A DNA stretch of 64,000 nt, from the NCBI RefSeq assembly GCF_006345805.1, contig NC_043008.1:46438001-46502000 (forward strand), given 5' to 3'. Positions 12,959 through 25,389 of this stretch are shown here, one piece after another. Under the pieces are notes generated by a model that searched no databases, had not been told where the DNA came from, and was given only the letters and a program-made list of their open reading frames with translations. Origin of the DNA: Octopus sinensis. Its lineage: Eukaryota. The position numbers and the translations under genes were made by a program. Each line of letters begins with the position of its first letter. The stretch's first letter is position 1.

Positions 12959-15900
12959 ATTTAAAAAAATGAAATATGCAGGATGCTCTCTCAAAATTAT
13001 ATTCTCAGAAAAATAGGTTCAAATGTAGGAAGTTTAGATGTATGCTACTGAAATACGTGGTGTGTTTATCATCTATTTTCCACTAACACATACACACACG
13101 CACACACACGCACACACTCAGATAGGGGGTGCGCATTGAGCAGTTAGGAATGTGAATGTTGCACTTTACGTAGCAACACACTGATGTTCAAGAATCATGG
13201 CGTTGATACGTTGTATTTTCCCATTTAGAATGTAATGAGTTAAACGAAAACACTGTTACGAGAAGCGGTTGATTTCTTGGCTGAAGATCTTCTATTGTCC
13301 AGCTTTCTGCAGAGTTTCTGGACACGATCTATTCCAGCTTAATGTAATCTGTGTATATAGTATTCATTCCATCTGCAGTATAAAACGAATCTTATTTGAC
13401 GGTATATTCACAATGTTCGGAACTGCATATTTATTTCCCATTAATCCATGATTAGTTTCATCTACCCATCTGTCACTTGTTCAAATTCACACTTGTCTAA
13501 AATTTATAGAATCTTTCATGAGAAATTCCTCAGTTGATTCCATCGCAAACACATGGCCCATAATTGCTCTACGATTTCTAATTTCTATTTATCTTCAGAT
13601 GATTTTTTTTCTTTTCATCTGAGTACTTTTTCTGTAACTATCACGGATGCTGTCTTTTATATTCTCACCAGGAAACTAATGGAAAAAAAATATCCTATGT
13701 CGTAATTAACATTAAGCTTCCACCAGCAGATATTTTATAATTGTTTTTTTTTTTTTCGATTTTGACAGAATCATCCATTCTTCTATTCTGCATAATTTTG
13801 GAAGGTCTTCGAATATTGCTACTTTATACATGCGTTTTTGTATTGAACCTACTTTCCAAAGAGGTATCTTACCTGTCCACATTATGCCCTTTGTTTATGT
13901 GGATGTTTTACTCACCTTAGCTAATTAATTGCGTTGTAGATTTGTGCTAAGCTTAGTTTTCTTGTTTATTTTCTAAACACGCTGTTAAGCCTTTCAATTG
14001 TCTGAAACTGTATTTTATGTCAACATTTTTTTTACTGAAGCAGTGCCTTTTACGTTTAGTTAAGACATGTTTGCGCTCTGCAAAGTACCATTTGGTACTG
14101 GTAATCAATTAAAGGTGAGATATTGTTCTAACAAATTTTGCCGTAATAGTTTATTTGAGTGCATTCGTACACAGAAAACAGAAAGAAAGAAACAGCCAAA
14201 AAACAAAAAAAGGTGGTGATAATCGCACCATTTGTCATTGCTTTTGTATTTTTACCTGAATCGAAAAACAAATGTCTATTTATTCGTTGCCAGTTCGATG
14301 AATGAACAGAACACATGGTTAATATTTGCGGAAAGCGCAAGTGTTGAAATTTTCTCAAGTCTTCCGAGAATAATCGATTTTAGAAACAAACTCGCTTTTC
14401 CCCGCCTCCTCCAACCTTCGGTTATGCTTTTCTTCTTATTTCTATTCTAACGATAAACTATGTTTTTCGTCCGTTTTGTGGAAGCTTATTGCTTTTGGTT
14501 TCATTCCAGATAAGTTCGTAATGAATATGTATGAAATTTTTGCACGATATAAGGAGCGTAATGATCTGAAAAAAAAATTAATGGAGTAAACGTTGAAACA
14601 AATACAACCAAAGTAAAATATGTTGAAATAAAAATGAATACGAGATGACAGATTTCGTAAACAAAAGTGGTTGGAAGGGTAAAAAAGGATCGAAGCAAGA
14701 GAGGGTGAGAAAATGTAAAGACAGGCAGAAAAATCATATTGACAAACATTTCGTTTAGTGCACTGGGAAGGAAATAAAGTGATATTTTTGCTATGTATTT
14801 ATTTTCTCAAAAATTTAGAGAGAATATTCTTCACTACCTAACTAAATATATGATGTAGAAAGGAGTTTAAGTTGTCAAACAGAAGCATCTCAGAAGATTT
14901 ATTGCAGGATAAATAATGACTTTTTAAGAAACAAGAATAAATATGCAACCGCCGGTATAGGAAATGATTTATGTATAAATAAGTGACAATAATCCTATAT
15001 AGTCTAACATTTTGATTCGGTAATTATAAACCGGCAGACTAATTTAGTAGTAGTATATGTATGTATATATATAATATCAATGTGGGTATAGATATGCGTT
15101 AGAATTTCCGAGGACGGGAAATCAGTTGCTCAATGCATAATAGAGTGTAAATAAGTAATGTTGTGTTCAGAATACTCTAGCTAGAATGTCGCTACTGTCC
15201 TGAAACAGATAATAAGATTACAGAGCATGGCAAACATTTAAATAGGTATAGATAACTCCACAACATTTATATATGTATGTGAGCGTGTATGTGTGTGAGA
15301 GAGAGAATGACAGGGAAAGCTAACGAAACGGAGAGCCACGGTTGACGATATGCTGTGGCTAAAACATCAACAAAAGAACTCAATTACGTTCCGTTTCACT
15401 TTTCCTTCCATGTTAGAATACAAACGAAATAGAAAAAAAATGTTTGTTTGGAATCAGCTGATGAACGTCTGTGAATACGAACATCAAACATAACAGCCAT
15501 TATGAGTTTTAATAACATGTTAGTCATAATTATTTGTAGTTACCAGGAGCAGACTAACAAACATAATTCGTCTCTAGTTTCGCAGATTTTAATTAAAAAA
15601 CTCTCTTGTATCTTCACGACACACATACATATACATATATTAGAAAATCGTAAATAATTTTACATGGAAAATTATTTATTGTATAAAAAGCTACTTCGAC
15701 AGTTGAATAACATATGCAATAAAATGTCCATATAAGTGTGTGTGTGTGCTGATTTTGTATTTCGCATCGTTACTCACTAAAATTATAGACAAAGAAATTT
15801 CTCAATAATTAGTGGGACGCTGCTCACACACAAGCAGACCCACCACACACACACACGTGTATTTGTAACGTGATCGCCAACTCAATTTCCAGCACAGCAT

Positions 15901-16726
15901 CTTGCTCAAATGCTGAGTCAATTTTACATTTGTTATGGCAAATGTAGCGCATTATTCTGCCAAGCACTCGCACATGCAGCTGCTGTGACGTTAGACGTTA
16001 TCATAAATGCATGTCAAGCGGCAACAGACGAGCATGTCTTGAGACATTCACGGGTTTCACTGCCCGAGACGGATCGCTGAGTCTCAATAGATATAAACAC
16101 ACTACTTTAATCAACCGAAAAGTGACTTCTCATTGCTGGAAACGAGTGATTTTCTCTAGATCCTCTCCCCTGCTGAACCTCAAAATCTTGGAGATTACTG
16201 ACATTATTATGTTTCCATATACATACGTAAGCATGTGCGCACACATACACATATACGCACGCATACACAACACACATAAACACCGCAACAGCCACGCCAG
16301 TGCACCCGCAAGTCCACACTCTTCAAATGAATATGTGCGCGAGTAAACGCACACACACAAAACAAGTATACACCGGCCTTACTAATACCATATTCAGACA
16401 CACAGACACCGTCAGTTACCTCTCCAACAACGCAGTCAAAGAAACTCCCTTTTTATTGATGGAACTGGTGTCGTTTACCAAGCGACATTATCCACCTTAA
16501 CACCATGTGACCCTGTCAGTTCCGTCGTAGCCCATCTTCCGGTAGCCGTGTTAAACTTTTTGAACTTCTTCATTCATTCGGCCATTCCAGAAGCCTGAAG
16601 GCCTCGCGCTACGTTAAGGACCTGCAAACCTTGGCACGGAAACTGAATCAAATTGTTTTAAATATCATATGCAACTTCTACTAACAGTTTTGAGTACCCT
16701 TTTCTTTTGTTTGTCCATTAATTCAT

Positions 16727-17980
16727 ACACAGGATGAGGTGAATAAATTTTCGCCTAAATTACGCGAAAATGAAAATATCATCGACATCTCATTCTAACA
16801 GATATGTTTATCAAAATTGCATAGAATATCTTGAAATAATACGAAAGAATAAATTTATTAAATAAAATCGCCATTTGCTTCAGGAACAAACTCGAGAGGA
16901 CTTTGGAACCTTCGGAAATTCTTCTGGATGCACTCATTGCTTAAATTGTTGAATACTGTCACAATCCTTGCCTTCAGTTCATCTTCAGTGTTACAAGTTG
17001 TTTTGTAGGTCTCTTACTTAACTACAAACCACACATAATAATCAAGGGGGAATTAGGTGGCTAGATGTTAAGGTTAGTGTGGTCAAAGAAATTGTCTGAC
17101 AGCCATGACTGGGTTCTCCTGCTTGTGTGGCATGGTGCAGAATTCTGTTGTCAGATATACGTTCTTCCAGCAGCCACCCACGTGACCCAGGGCAGCACTT
17201 ATTTCTCCAGGCACTTGATGTAGGCCTTCGTGTTGAGTGTGAGGTTGTGTGGGAAGATGAACGGAGATATAACGTAGCCATCATTAGTGATCAATCCAAA
17301 CACCATGATGTTAACTGGATGTTTGATTTTTATCACTCTTGGCACACGGCAAGCCAACGGTTGCTCTGTGTGTTCACTATTAGATCCCGGCAGAAATTTT
17401 TCTCGTCTGAGGAAACCAAAGCATTATCAGTTCGAGCGGATTCTTGAGTTTGTTCAAAAGTTTCGTAGCGCTGTCTCTCTTTTGTTCTTGATGGCTTGGG
17501 ATCAAAAAGTGGTCCCTTCTCATCTTGGTTGAGAAATACCGAATGTCAAGATGCACTACCTGCCTGAAAAGGATCTCAAAGACTCCCATGTCCCTGGCGA
17601 TGGACCTGATTGACTCGGAGGGAACGTTGTCAATCGTGGCCGGAATCGCACCAACAAATTCAGGAATTCTTTGCTTGTCATAAGGATCCAAGTAAATATT
17701 TTCGGGCTACCGAGCCTTCGTAATTACTATTAGACTCATCCAACTCTTGTCGAATGCTCTGCACTGTCCTCGGATTGATACACAAACACTGTGAAATTTT
17801 CGTATTGGGCTGCTGGCGAGAATGCGAAGCAGTAAAGCATGTGGTTTCCAAATTTCTAGCAGAGTGAATTGCCTCATGATGCTGTGTTTCCCACAAACGG
17901 TGCCCAACTGACCCTACTATACTGTGCAGTGGACAAAATCAACTAAAACAATACGTGTGCGTGAAGTTAAAAGTATAATA
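16727..17980 (-). mobile_element. Tc1/mariner-superfamily transposon of DD37D (maT) type, decayed
   Basis: Transposase pseudogene inside. The low-coordinate end reads CACAGGATGAGGTGAATAAATTTTCGCC next to TA; the other terminus appears eroded. Confidence 0.8.
16858..17877 (-). pseudogene. DD37D/maT-type transposase pseudogene
   Basis: MRQFTLLEIWK..; SIRSIARDMGV (HTH); WF.SDEKNF; QSNRWLA; IMVFGLIT; QQNSAPCHT (second D mutated to N); PPNSP..PLDYYVW; ..ANGDFI* at 16858. The second-to-third acidic spacing is 37 residues if the 3-codon deletion before PLD is restored. Confidence 0.9.
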
Positions 17981-19209
17981 TATATCTATACGAAGAATTT
18001 AGTAAAACATCTGCTTTACGTTGGGCATCTGTAATATGTCAGCAACGCAATAGATGTTTGCTGCATACGAGAACTGTTTATTTATTTGTTCTCGTACATG
18101 CAATTAATTACGCATTCTACTTAATCGTGGAATCGTTGAATATCGATCTTAACCATCACACCCATAAAGCTCTTCACCAGTTGACCTTCCGACTCTCCTG
18201 GCAATATCATTGCACTGCAAGACGGTTTGAGGCTTTACCATTGTCTGTCCACAGAGGATGGTGGCAGGAATGGTTTCTCTCAGTTTTATTTATGGAAAAT
18301 TTGTAAAATAAAAACAGCAATACTATGCTGCGGTAGTAATACAATTGTAATACCTAAACATATCACTATCATATCATATCACCCTCTCATTTATAAGAGT
18401 TCCTTTAAGTCACAAAGGTAAAAATGAGCGGAAAAGTGAAGCAGTCTCTTATATTATAGACCCTAATACATAGGTGATACTTGTTTTATGAATTTTGTGG
18501 CCTGTAAAACAAAATTGTACTCGGGGAAATTGAACTCAAGGTGTTAAGACCCGGAGGAAATACTTATAAACCAAAGCTATTATGCAGCCCCTGCCGAGTG
18601 CAAGTATGTATCATAATTATATTATAGGAAAAACTACTAATATAATCAGCAATGAAATATTAGTAATTTTACGATATTGATGTTTTATTAATGAATGCAT
18701 TAAAATGGTGCGAGTGCATATTTAGTGAAATTGTGTTAATTGCAAATTAAATATAAAATTTTAAAAGTTTCAAAGTTCTCGTTCTGATGGCAACAATAAG
18801 AAAATTACCAATATGGTAACGATAAATATAACATTAATTCAAATAACGACAATTCTGATAACAAATTCTCTATAAAATATTTAAATACAACGTAAACCAT
18901 ATGGATGTTAGTGGTTATTCATTAAATAAATATTTAGGGCGCTCTTTAATCTCGAACATTTTAAAATCTGTTACGCTTATAGTCGAAGTAAAATCATGTG
19001 AGTGAGAATTCGTTTCAGATACAAGAAGACAAGTTTATTAATTGTTGTATGTTGATATCTATTGTAAAGAAAAAATCGTATAACCATCCAGTAACATCTA
19101 TCAACGGGGCCACCACCTTCTACAGCCATTAAATTGAAATGGCTGATTTCAATTATTGAATTATATCGATTATTTATATTGGTAATAATAGTAATAATAT
19201 TTTAAAATT

Positions 19210-19340
19210 TTGTCATAAAGCCAGCAATTTGGTGGGGGGCGAGGGAATGAGTCGATTAAATCGACCCCAGTGGTTAACTGGTACTTAATATACCAACACG
19301 GATGAAAGGCAAAGTCGATCACGACGCAATTTGAACTCAG
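19210..19340 (-). mobile_element. Older SINE family B fragment (lacks its 5' head)
   Basis: GAGTCGATTAAATCGACCCCAGTGG..GGATGAAAGGCAAAGTCGA..TTTGAACTCAG. Confidence 0.8.
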
Positions 19341-19346
19341 TACAAA

Positions 19347-19547
19347 TGGCTAAACACAGAGAGGACAAACAAGGACAGACAAACGGATTCATATCGAACC
19401 CAGTGCGTAACTAGTACTTATTTAATCGACCCCGAAAGGATAAAAGGCAAAGTCGACCTCGGCGGAATTTGAACTCGCAACGTAGCGGCAGACGAAATAC
19501 CGCTAAGCATTTCGCCTGACGTGATAACGATTTTGCCAGCTCACCGT
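19347..19547 (-). mobile_element. SINE family B, full length
   Basis: Close match to 30546-30770, including the A-box-like TGGCAAAATCGTTA and B-box GAGTTCAAATTCC on the minus strand. Confidence 0.92.
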
Positions 19548-19602
19548 CTTAATAATAATAATAATAAGAAGAAGAAGAAGAGGAAGAAGAAGAAGAGTAT
19601 AC

Positions 19603-20146
19603 CTAGTTGCAGTACTAGACACAGGCTCTCATGGCTTCTGAACTTAACTGACTGGAAGTGTTGTCCAGTACATTGTTTTGTCTTGGTATAAAAGGTGGGC
19701 TACAGCAAATATTCTGCTCAATGCCACAAATGTGCTTGTCAGTTGTCCGACCTAAACCAGCCGAGCAGTGACTGGCAATATGTACATCTCTGATCACGAG
19801 CAGAAATACTGGGGGAGCTTCACAGTCATATGTTGGAAGGAGTTTGAACAATTCGCCTCTGGAAACATGAGTGGTTCGTTCAACCTCCTTTTAACAACTC
19901 ATAGCCAAGGTCCATTTGAGCGGGATGGGTAACTCAACATGAAGAAAATCCTAACTCGTCCTCACCTGCAGGGTCATGCGCTGTTTATCGTGATATGAGA
20001 TTACCATGTCGCGCACATATGGTTGTGATACATGTGCCTGATATACCCTTATCAAACGAGTAGTCATGAGGCGTATACTGGGCTTCGTATATTTTACCCC
20101 AGTATCACTTTCATGGCATACACTGCTCTCTCACTCAATAATAATG
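19603..20146 (+). mobile_element. About 550-bp non-coding retroposon segment ending in (AAT)n
   Basis: Inverted copy at 40315-40862 and a 3' partial copy at 21106-21320; ends CACTGCTCTCTCACTCAATAATAAT. Confidence 0.85.
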
Positions 20147-20164
20147 ACATAAAAACATATTAAT

Positions 20165-20336
20165 ATTGGAGCTGCTCTCAGGCTCGAGGTGATCCAAAAG
20201 ACAGCATTGTTGGGTACAACTCGCATTCTAAGGAGAGCATTGTCTCTTTGAGTCACAAGAGAAACCTTTGATGATTTGTTATTGCCTACTTCCAAGTAAA
20301 GAATAATCGGTAATTAAGAAGTATCCGAGATGCCTC

Positions 20337-20382
<46 letters not shown>

Positions 20383-20405
20383 TAATAATGATAATAATAA
20401 TGATA
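20165..20405 (+). mobile_element. Dong/R4-type LINE extreme 3' fragment with (TAA)n tail
   Basis: LRLEVIQKTALLGTTRILRRALSL* (20177-20251) is the C-terminal helix of the restriction-like endonuclease; short UTR, then (TAA)n at 20338-20405. Confidence 0.8.
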
Positions 20406-20410
20406 GTAAT

Positions 20411-21320
20411 ATCAAGTAACTGTCAAGCAAAAAGTATGTGCAAAAGCTGTCTGCTTAGCAAGATATGAAAAGCGCGTTAGAGTCTTCAAGGACATCATGT
20501 TCCAAAATAGCTCAAACAAGTTTTACAGGAAAGTAGGGAAGATACCATTTATAGTAAAATCTGTGCCATCAAAAGAGTAAGTGCAGTAATGTTGGAATAA
20601 GATTTGGGCAGAAGAAAAAACACAATAAAAATTGGATTGATAGAATATCTACTGACTTAGAAGAGCAAAAGTGGGAGGGTATCAAGGCAGGGGATCTAAG
20701 ACTTCTCGGGAAGTCAAGCAAATGGAAGACTCCAGGAAAACATAAAATTCCTAACTTCTGGTAGAATGCTCTCCCAGAGAGTCATGAACTGCTAACAAAA
20801 CTTTACAACATTGATTCCCTCTTGGCTAGGTAATGGTGTTACATTCCTATTTTCAAAAATGAAGAAAAAAATTAACCAAAATTATTTACAGTCATAACTT
20901 CTTAACAACAATGTATAAAATACAAACATCTATCTTGATTGAGTATTTTAATTAAAAATTGGCATATTCCCGAATGAGCAAAAAGGATGTAATTGTGTGT
21001 TCTATGGTTGTAAAGATCACCTACTCATCAATTAGATGATCTTGGAAGATTGTCAGAAACGACACAGACTTGTTGGTAGTCTGGGTAGACTGTCAAAAAG
21101 CTATTGATGGACCTCTCAACGTGAATAAACTCGTAACTGGACCCCACAGGAAATTTCATGTACATCTTGATATAATGACGCAAAGTCGTGCCCATATGGT
21201 TGTTATACATGTGCCTTTTGCGCCCTTAACAGATGGGATGCGTTTTGGGTATATTGGGCTTCGGATTTTGGCACTCTCGCGTCACCTTGATTGCCCGTGC
21301 TGCTCCATTGCTCAATAATT
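20411..21320 (+). mobile_element. Dong/R4-type LINE RT fragment joined to the 3' end of the 550-bp repeat
   Basis: Frameshifted motifs ARYEKRV; KWKTPG..KIPNFW; IPSWL..GVTFL; TTMYKI; EQKGC..YGCKDHLLIN; VWVDCQKAID. From about 21106 the sequence matches the 3' part of 19603-20146. Confidence 0.85.
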
Positions 21321-21374
21321 AATTATAACAGAATAAGACACTGAATTAAATTAAGTTTATGCTACTAAACTGCA

Positions 21375-21787
21375 ATGCATCTAAGAATGGTATGTAAGAA
21401 TACATATATGTGTGTGTGTGTGTATATATCATATATATATATATATATATACGTATATATATATATATGTATATATATGTATATATATATATATATGTAT
21501 GTATATATATATGTATATGCATGTATATATATGTATATGCATGTACATATATGTATATGTATGTATATATGTATATGTATATATATATATATGTATGTGT
21601 ATATATATATGTATATGCATGTATATGTATGTATATGTATGTATATATATATATGTGCATGTATATGTATATGTATGTATATGTGTGTATATATATATCT
21701 TTATATATGTATGTATATATATATATCTTTATATATATATATATCTATGTATATATCTATATCTATATATATATGTATATGTATATC

Positions 21788-21825
<38 letters not shown>

Positions 21826-21913
21826 TATATATATATGTGTATCTATCTATATATATAGATATATTTATATATATATGTGTATCTATCTATATATATATAT
21901 ATATCTATATATG

Positions 21914-21980
<67 letters not shown>

Positions 21981-21990
21981 TGTGTATGTA
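21375..21990. repeat. About 600-bp compound (TA)n/(TATG)n/(TG)n microsatellite
   Basis: Directly visible; source of the 208-aa and 258-aa YI/CV pseudo-ORFs. Confidence 0.97.
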
Positions 21991-22382
21991 TATATACATA
22001 GAGCATTGCTTCTTCACTCTGCTTCTCTCTAAATATATGTATGTATACACACACATACGCATGCACACATCACACAAGCACGTACACACACTCATATGTG
22101 TGCGCGTGTGCGTACACACATACACACAGTGGCTTAATAAGTGGGATGGATGTTTTATAGCCTGCATATTTGCGAAGGAAATTTAAATCAATAAATATAA
22201 TAATGTAGAACTTACGACATGAAAGTTTAGGAAGAATTTGATTAAATAACCGACAGCAGCTCCACGCATACCTGGCATTATAAATATGAAATCATTTCTG
22301 GAATACAATTAAATTTACATATGAAATGATCGATAGATGCCAATTTCTTTTAATGATTGCACACACATAAACACACACACGC

Positions 22383-22489
<107 letters not shown>

Positions 22490-23070
22490 TGTGGATCTCC
22501 GTCTTTGGGCAAGAGGAGTTTAATTTGATCGATCGACTGAATAATCTCTTGTATGAACATGAAATTGACTGAATATTCCTCAGTCAGGTAAAGATTTCAT
22601 TCACTGGGAAATTGAGTGTGTGCAGGAGTCATTGGTTTTGAATCGGAGGCGCACTCGATACGATTAGCCGCCGGGTCCCTATGAGGTCCCTCTTCTCTCA
22701 CTTATTCCTGATGGATGTAATTGTAAAAGATGACACTTGCAAAAGCGCACGTTCTAGGATCTCAACCTGCTTCTTGTGTTGCGAATATTTACTTTATTCG
22801 AGATGACTTTCAATAAAACTGTGTGTTGGTATTGTATGTGTGTGTGTGTGTATGTGTACCCGCACTCGTACGTTTCAAAATATACTTTATATGCACAATC
22901 ACAATTTTCATTCCATTCTTGATCACAACTTCCCGACAAACGGGAATGTGAAACACGGAATAGCAGATTTTATGATATTTTTGTTTTCACATATATAAGT
23001 AAATTTATGCATATACGTACAAACACACACATACACGTAAACAAATATACATATACATACACACACACAC

Positions 23071-23138
<68 letters not shown>

Positions 23139-24354
23139 TGTGTGCACGTATATAAATATATAAATATGTGTGTATGTATATATATACATATATATATATA
23201 TATACATAAATTAGAGAATAACCAATTTTATCAATTCAATAATGAAAAATTAAATTATACCATTAGAAAAATTACTATCTTATATATAACCTGAAGAATG
23301 GTTATATTCACATTCAAGTGATTTTACTACTACTACTATTATTATTACTATTATCATTTCTTAATTAGAGCCACAAAACACGTGTCGTTAGTCTGTCTGT
23401 ATCTTTTTCTCTCTTTCTCTCTCTCTCTCTCACTACCCGTGTCATTCCCTCATCTGTCGTGTCTGTTTCTTTCACTCTCTTTCTGTCTTTCTCTCTCACT
23501 GTGTACCCCTCATTTCCTCTTCCGTTCTGTCTTTCTCTTTCTCTCTCTCTCTCCCCCTCTCTCTCACATGCATTTCATAGATAGTACCTGAGTTGACTGC
23601 CACTTAAAAGCTTCTATATGTTTATGTGTTCCATTTATTTAATTCTTCATGTTCTTCGTGTAATTGATGTCTTATTGCACACCCATTCTCAATGCACATT
23701 CATTCTTCGACACACCAATTTCCTTCACGGTGTTTAAGATGAAAACCACTAAGGTACTACGGTCCTCGACAAAAGCCCATGGGAATTGGGCAAACCATAT
23801 TTTCCTAAGTTACGCCTAAGAAAAAAAAATATATTTCTGGAAATATTTTGAATTTAATTTGCCGTTTGTAATAAAACTCCTCTGTTAAAGTAAAAATACG
23901 TTTAAAGAGGTAATTCGTTGTGGTTGGAATTTGTGAAATAATATTGGAACTTGGGATTAAGGAAGATTTTGGATTGTATGAACATAAAGATTAACTGGGA
24001 TGTGTTACAACGAAGTTAGGAGTTTAAAATTTGTGTCTCGAGAAATGATATCTAAGAATGTGAGGCATGGTTGGATTTGACTGATGGTGAGTGACTTCAA
24101 ACCAGAAACCAGAAGGGGACTAACTACTCTCTATCGCTGTGTCGTATGTAATGGTTACTATTTGTTCAGTTCGGAGCTACCCGGCTCAGAGTATGATGAG
24201 TAGTGGTTATTCGGCTGCTCCCTTTATTTTCTGGAGAGTAAGAAATCCTCGAAGAAATCCGCAATAATCTTCGGAACAAGCATTTTTGATTTATCAAAAC
24301 TTGGTGAACCGAAGAAAAGTCTCTTTGGACTGTTTACGTTTGAGATTTTAAAAT

Positions 24355-24609
24355 TTATCCTTTACTTGTTTCAGTCATTAGACTGCGGCCATGCTGGAGC
24401 ACCACGCTGAAGAGTTTTTAGTCGAATGAATCGACCCACTATTTACTTTTAAAATAAAGACTAGTATTTATCCTATCACTTTCTGTTAGCAAACCGCTGA
24501 GTAACGGAGACGTAAACACATGAAAACCTGTTGTCACGGTGGGGAGGGGAGAAAAACACAGACACTCACACACACGTACACACACAGACACACACAGACA
24601 CACACACAT

Positions 24610-24658
<49 letters not shown>

Positions 24659-24772
24659 ACTGGGCTTATTTGTTTCTGTCTGCTGAATCCACTTACAAGA
24701 CTCTTCACTTCCAAAAGGATTGAACTCAGATGCATGTGGTCGCGAAACAAACTTCTTACCACACGTCTGCGC
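24355..24772 (-). mobile_element. SINE family A, full length and diverged, with internal (TA)n(CA)n
   Basis: Tail TACTTGTTTCAGTCATTAGACTGCGGCCATGCTGGAGCACC; head ..GAACTCAG..CTTACCACAC..TGCGCC; colinear with 34495-34890. Confidence 0.85.
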
Positions 24773-25389
24773 CTTTGTCATGATTCCTCTTGGAAATCTT
24801 TACGACGTTTCTCTTGGTGGACTTCTTGCTGGTTTACCGTAATCTGTCTCGGGCGCATGGATTTTGTAACTTGGTGCTGAGGATAAGACAAAACTGTAGC
24901 AAGATGTCTGCGGATGAGCCCCAATGTCTCTTTCATCCTTCTAATTCGTTCTTTCTTTTGATTGTGTCTTCTTCGTTGGTCATTATTAGTGTGCTAAATC
25001 TTTGTATTCATTTTTGTACTTATCTTGTACACACTCACTTCACCAACTTTCTTACCGATACTTGGTCCGTTGACTAAATTCTGGCTGGCAGTCTATGAAT
25101 ACGAGTCGAGGTAGCGCTTTTCTTTGTTCTTCTTATTTCTCCATTTTAAATTAAAATCACGTATTTTGGTTTTATACAACGAAACACCCACGAAATACTC
25201 CGCAAAATAACCCAAATATTTACAAGTCTGTTGTGGAAATCCGTCTTCATCGTCAACAAAAAAAAGTTGTTTTTTATTTTGTTTTATACAACCATATATC
25301 AGCGGTTATTTTCAGATTAAAAGTGTTCTGATTCAGAATAGACAATTGTAATCATTTGACTTTGTTTACATCTTCGGTTATGGACAACT

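Noticed and set aside
13505-13540. Minus-strand CUGAGGA-AU..AU-GAAA-GAUUCUA
   Set aside because: 2-bp stem II and 1-bp stem I; compatible with chance in AT-rich DNA.
16574-16576. In-frame TGA as selenocysteine
   Set aside because: The context resembles no selenoprotein motif I know, and I found no SECIS (AUGA..AA..GA) downstream.
18130-18270. Minus-strand open frame TIPATILCGQTMVKPQ..VGRSTGEELYGCDG
   Set aside because: No splice signals and no recognisable domain.
24780-25005. Minus-strand 72-codon open frame containing TLGLIRRHL (L2/CR1-like?)
   Set aside because: Single short motif with no flanking RT motifs at the right spacing.
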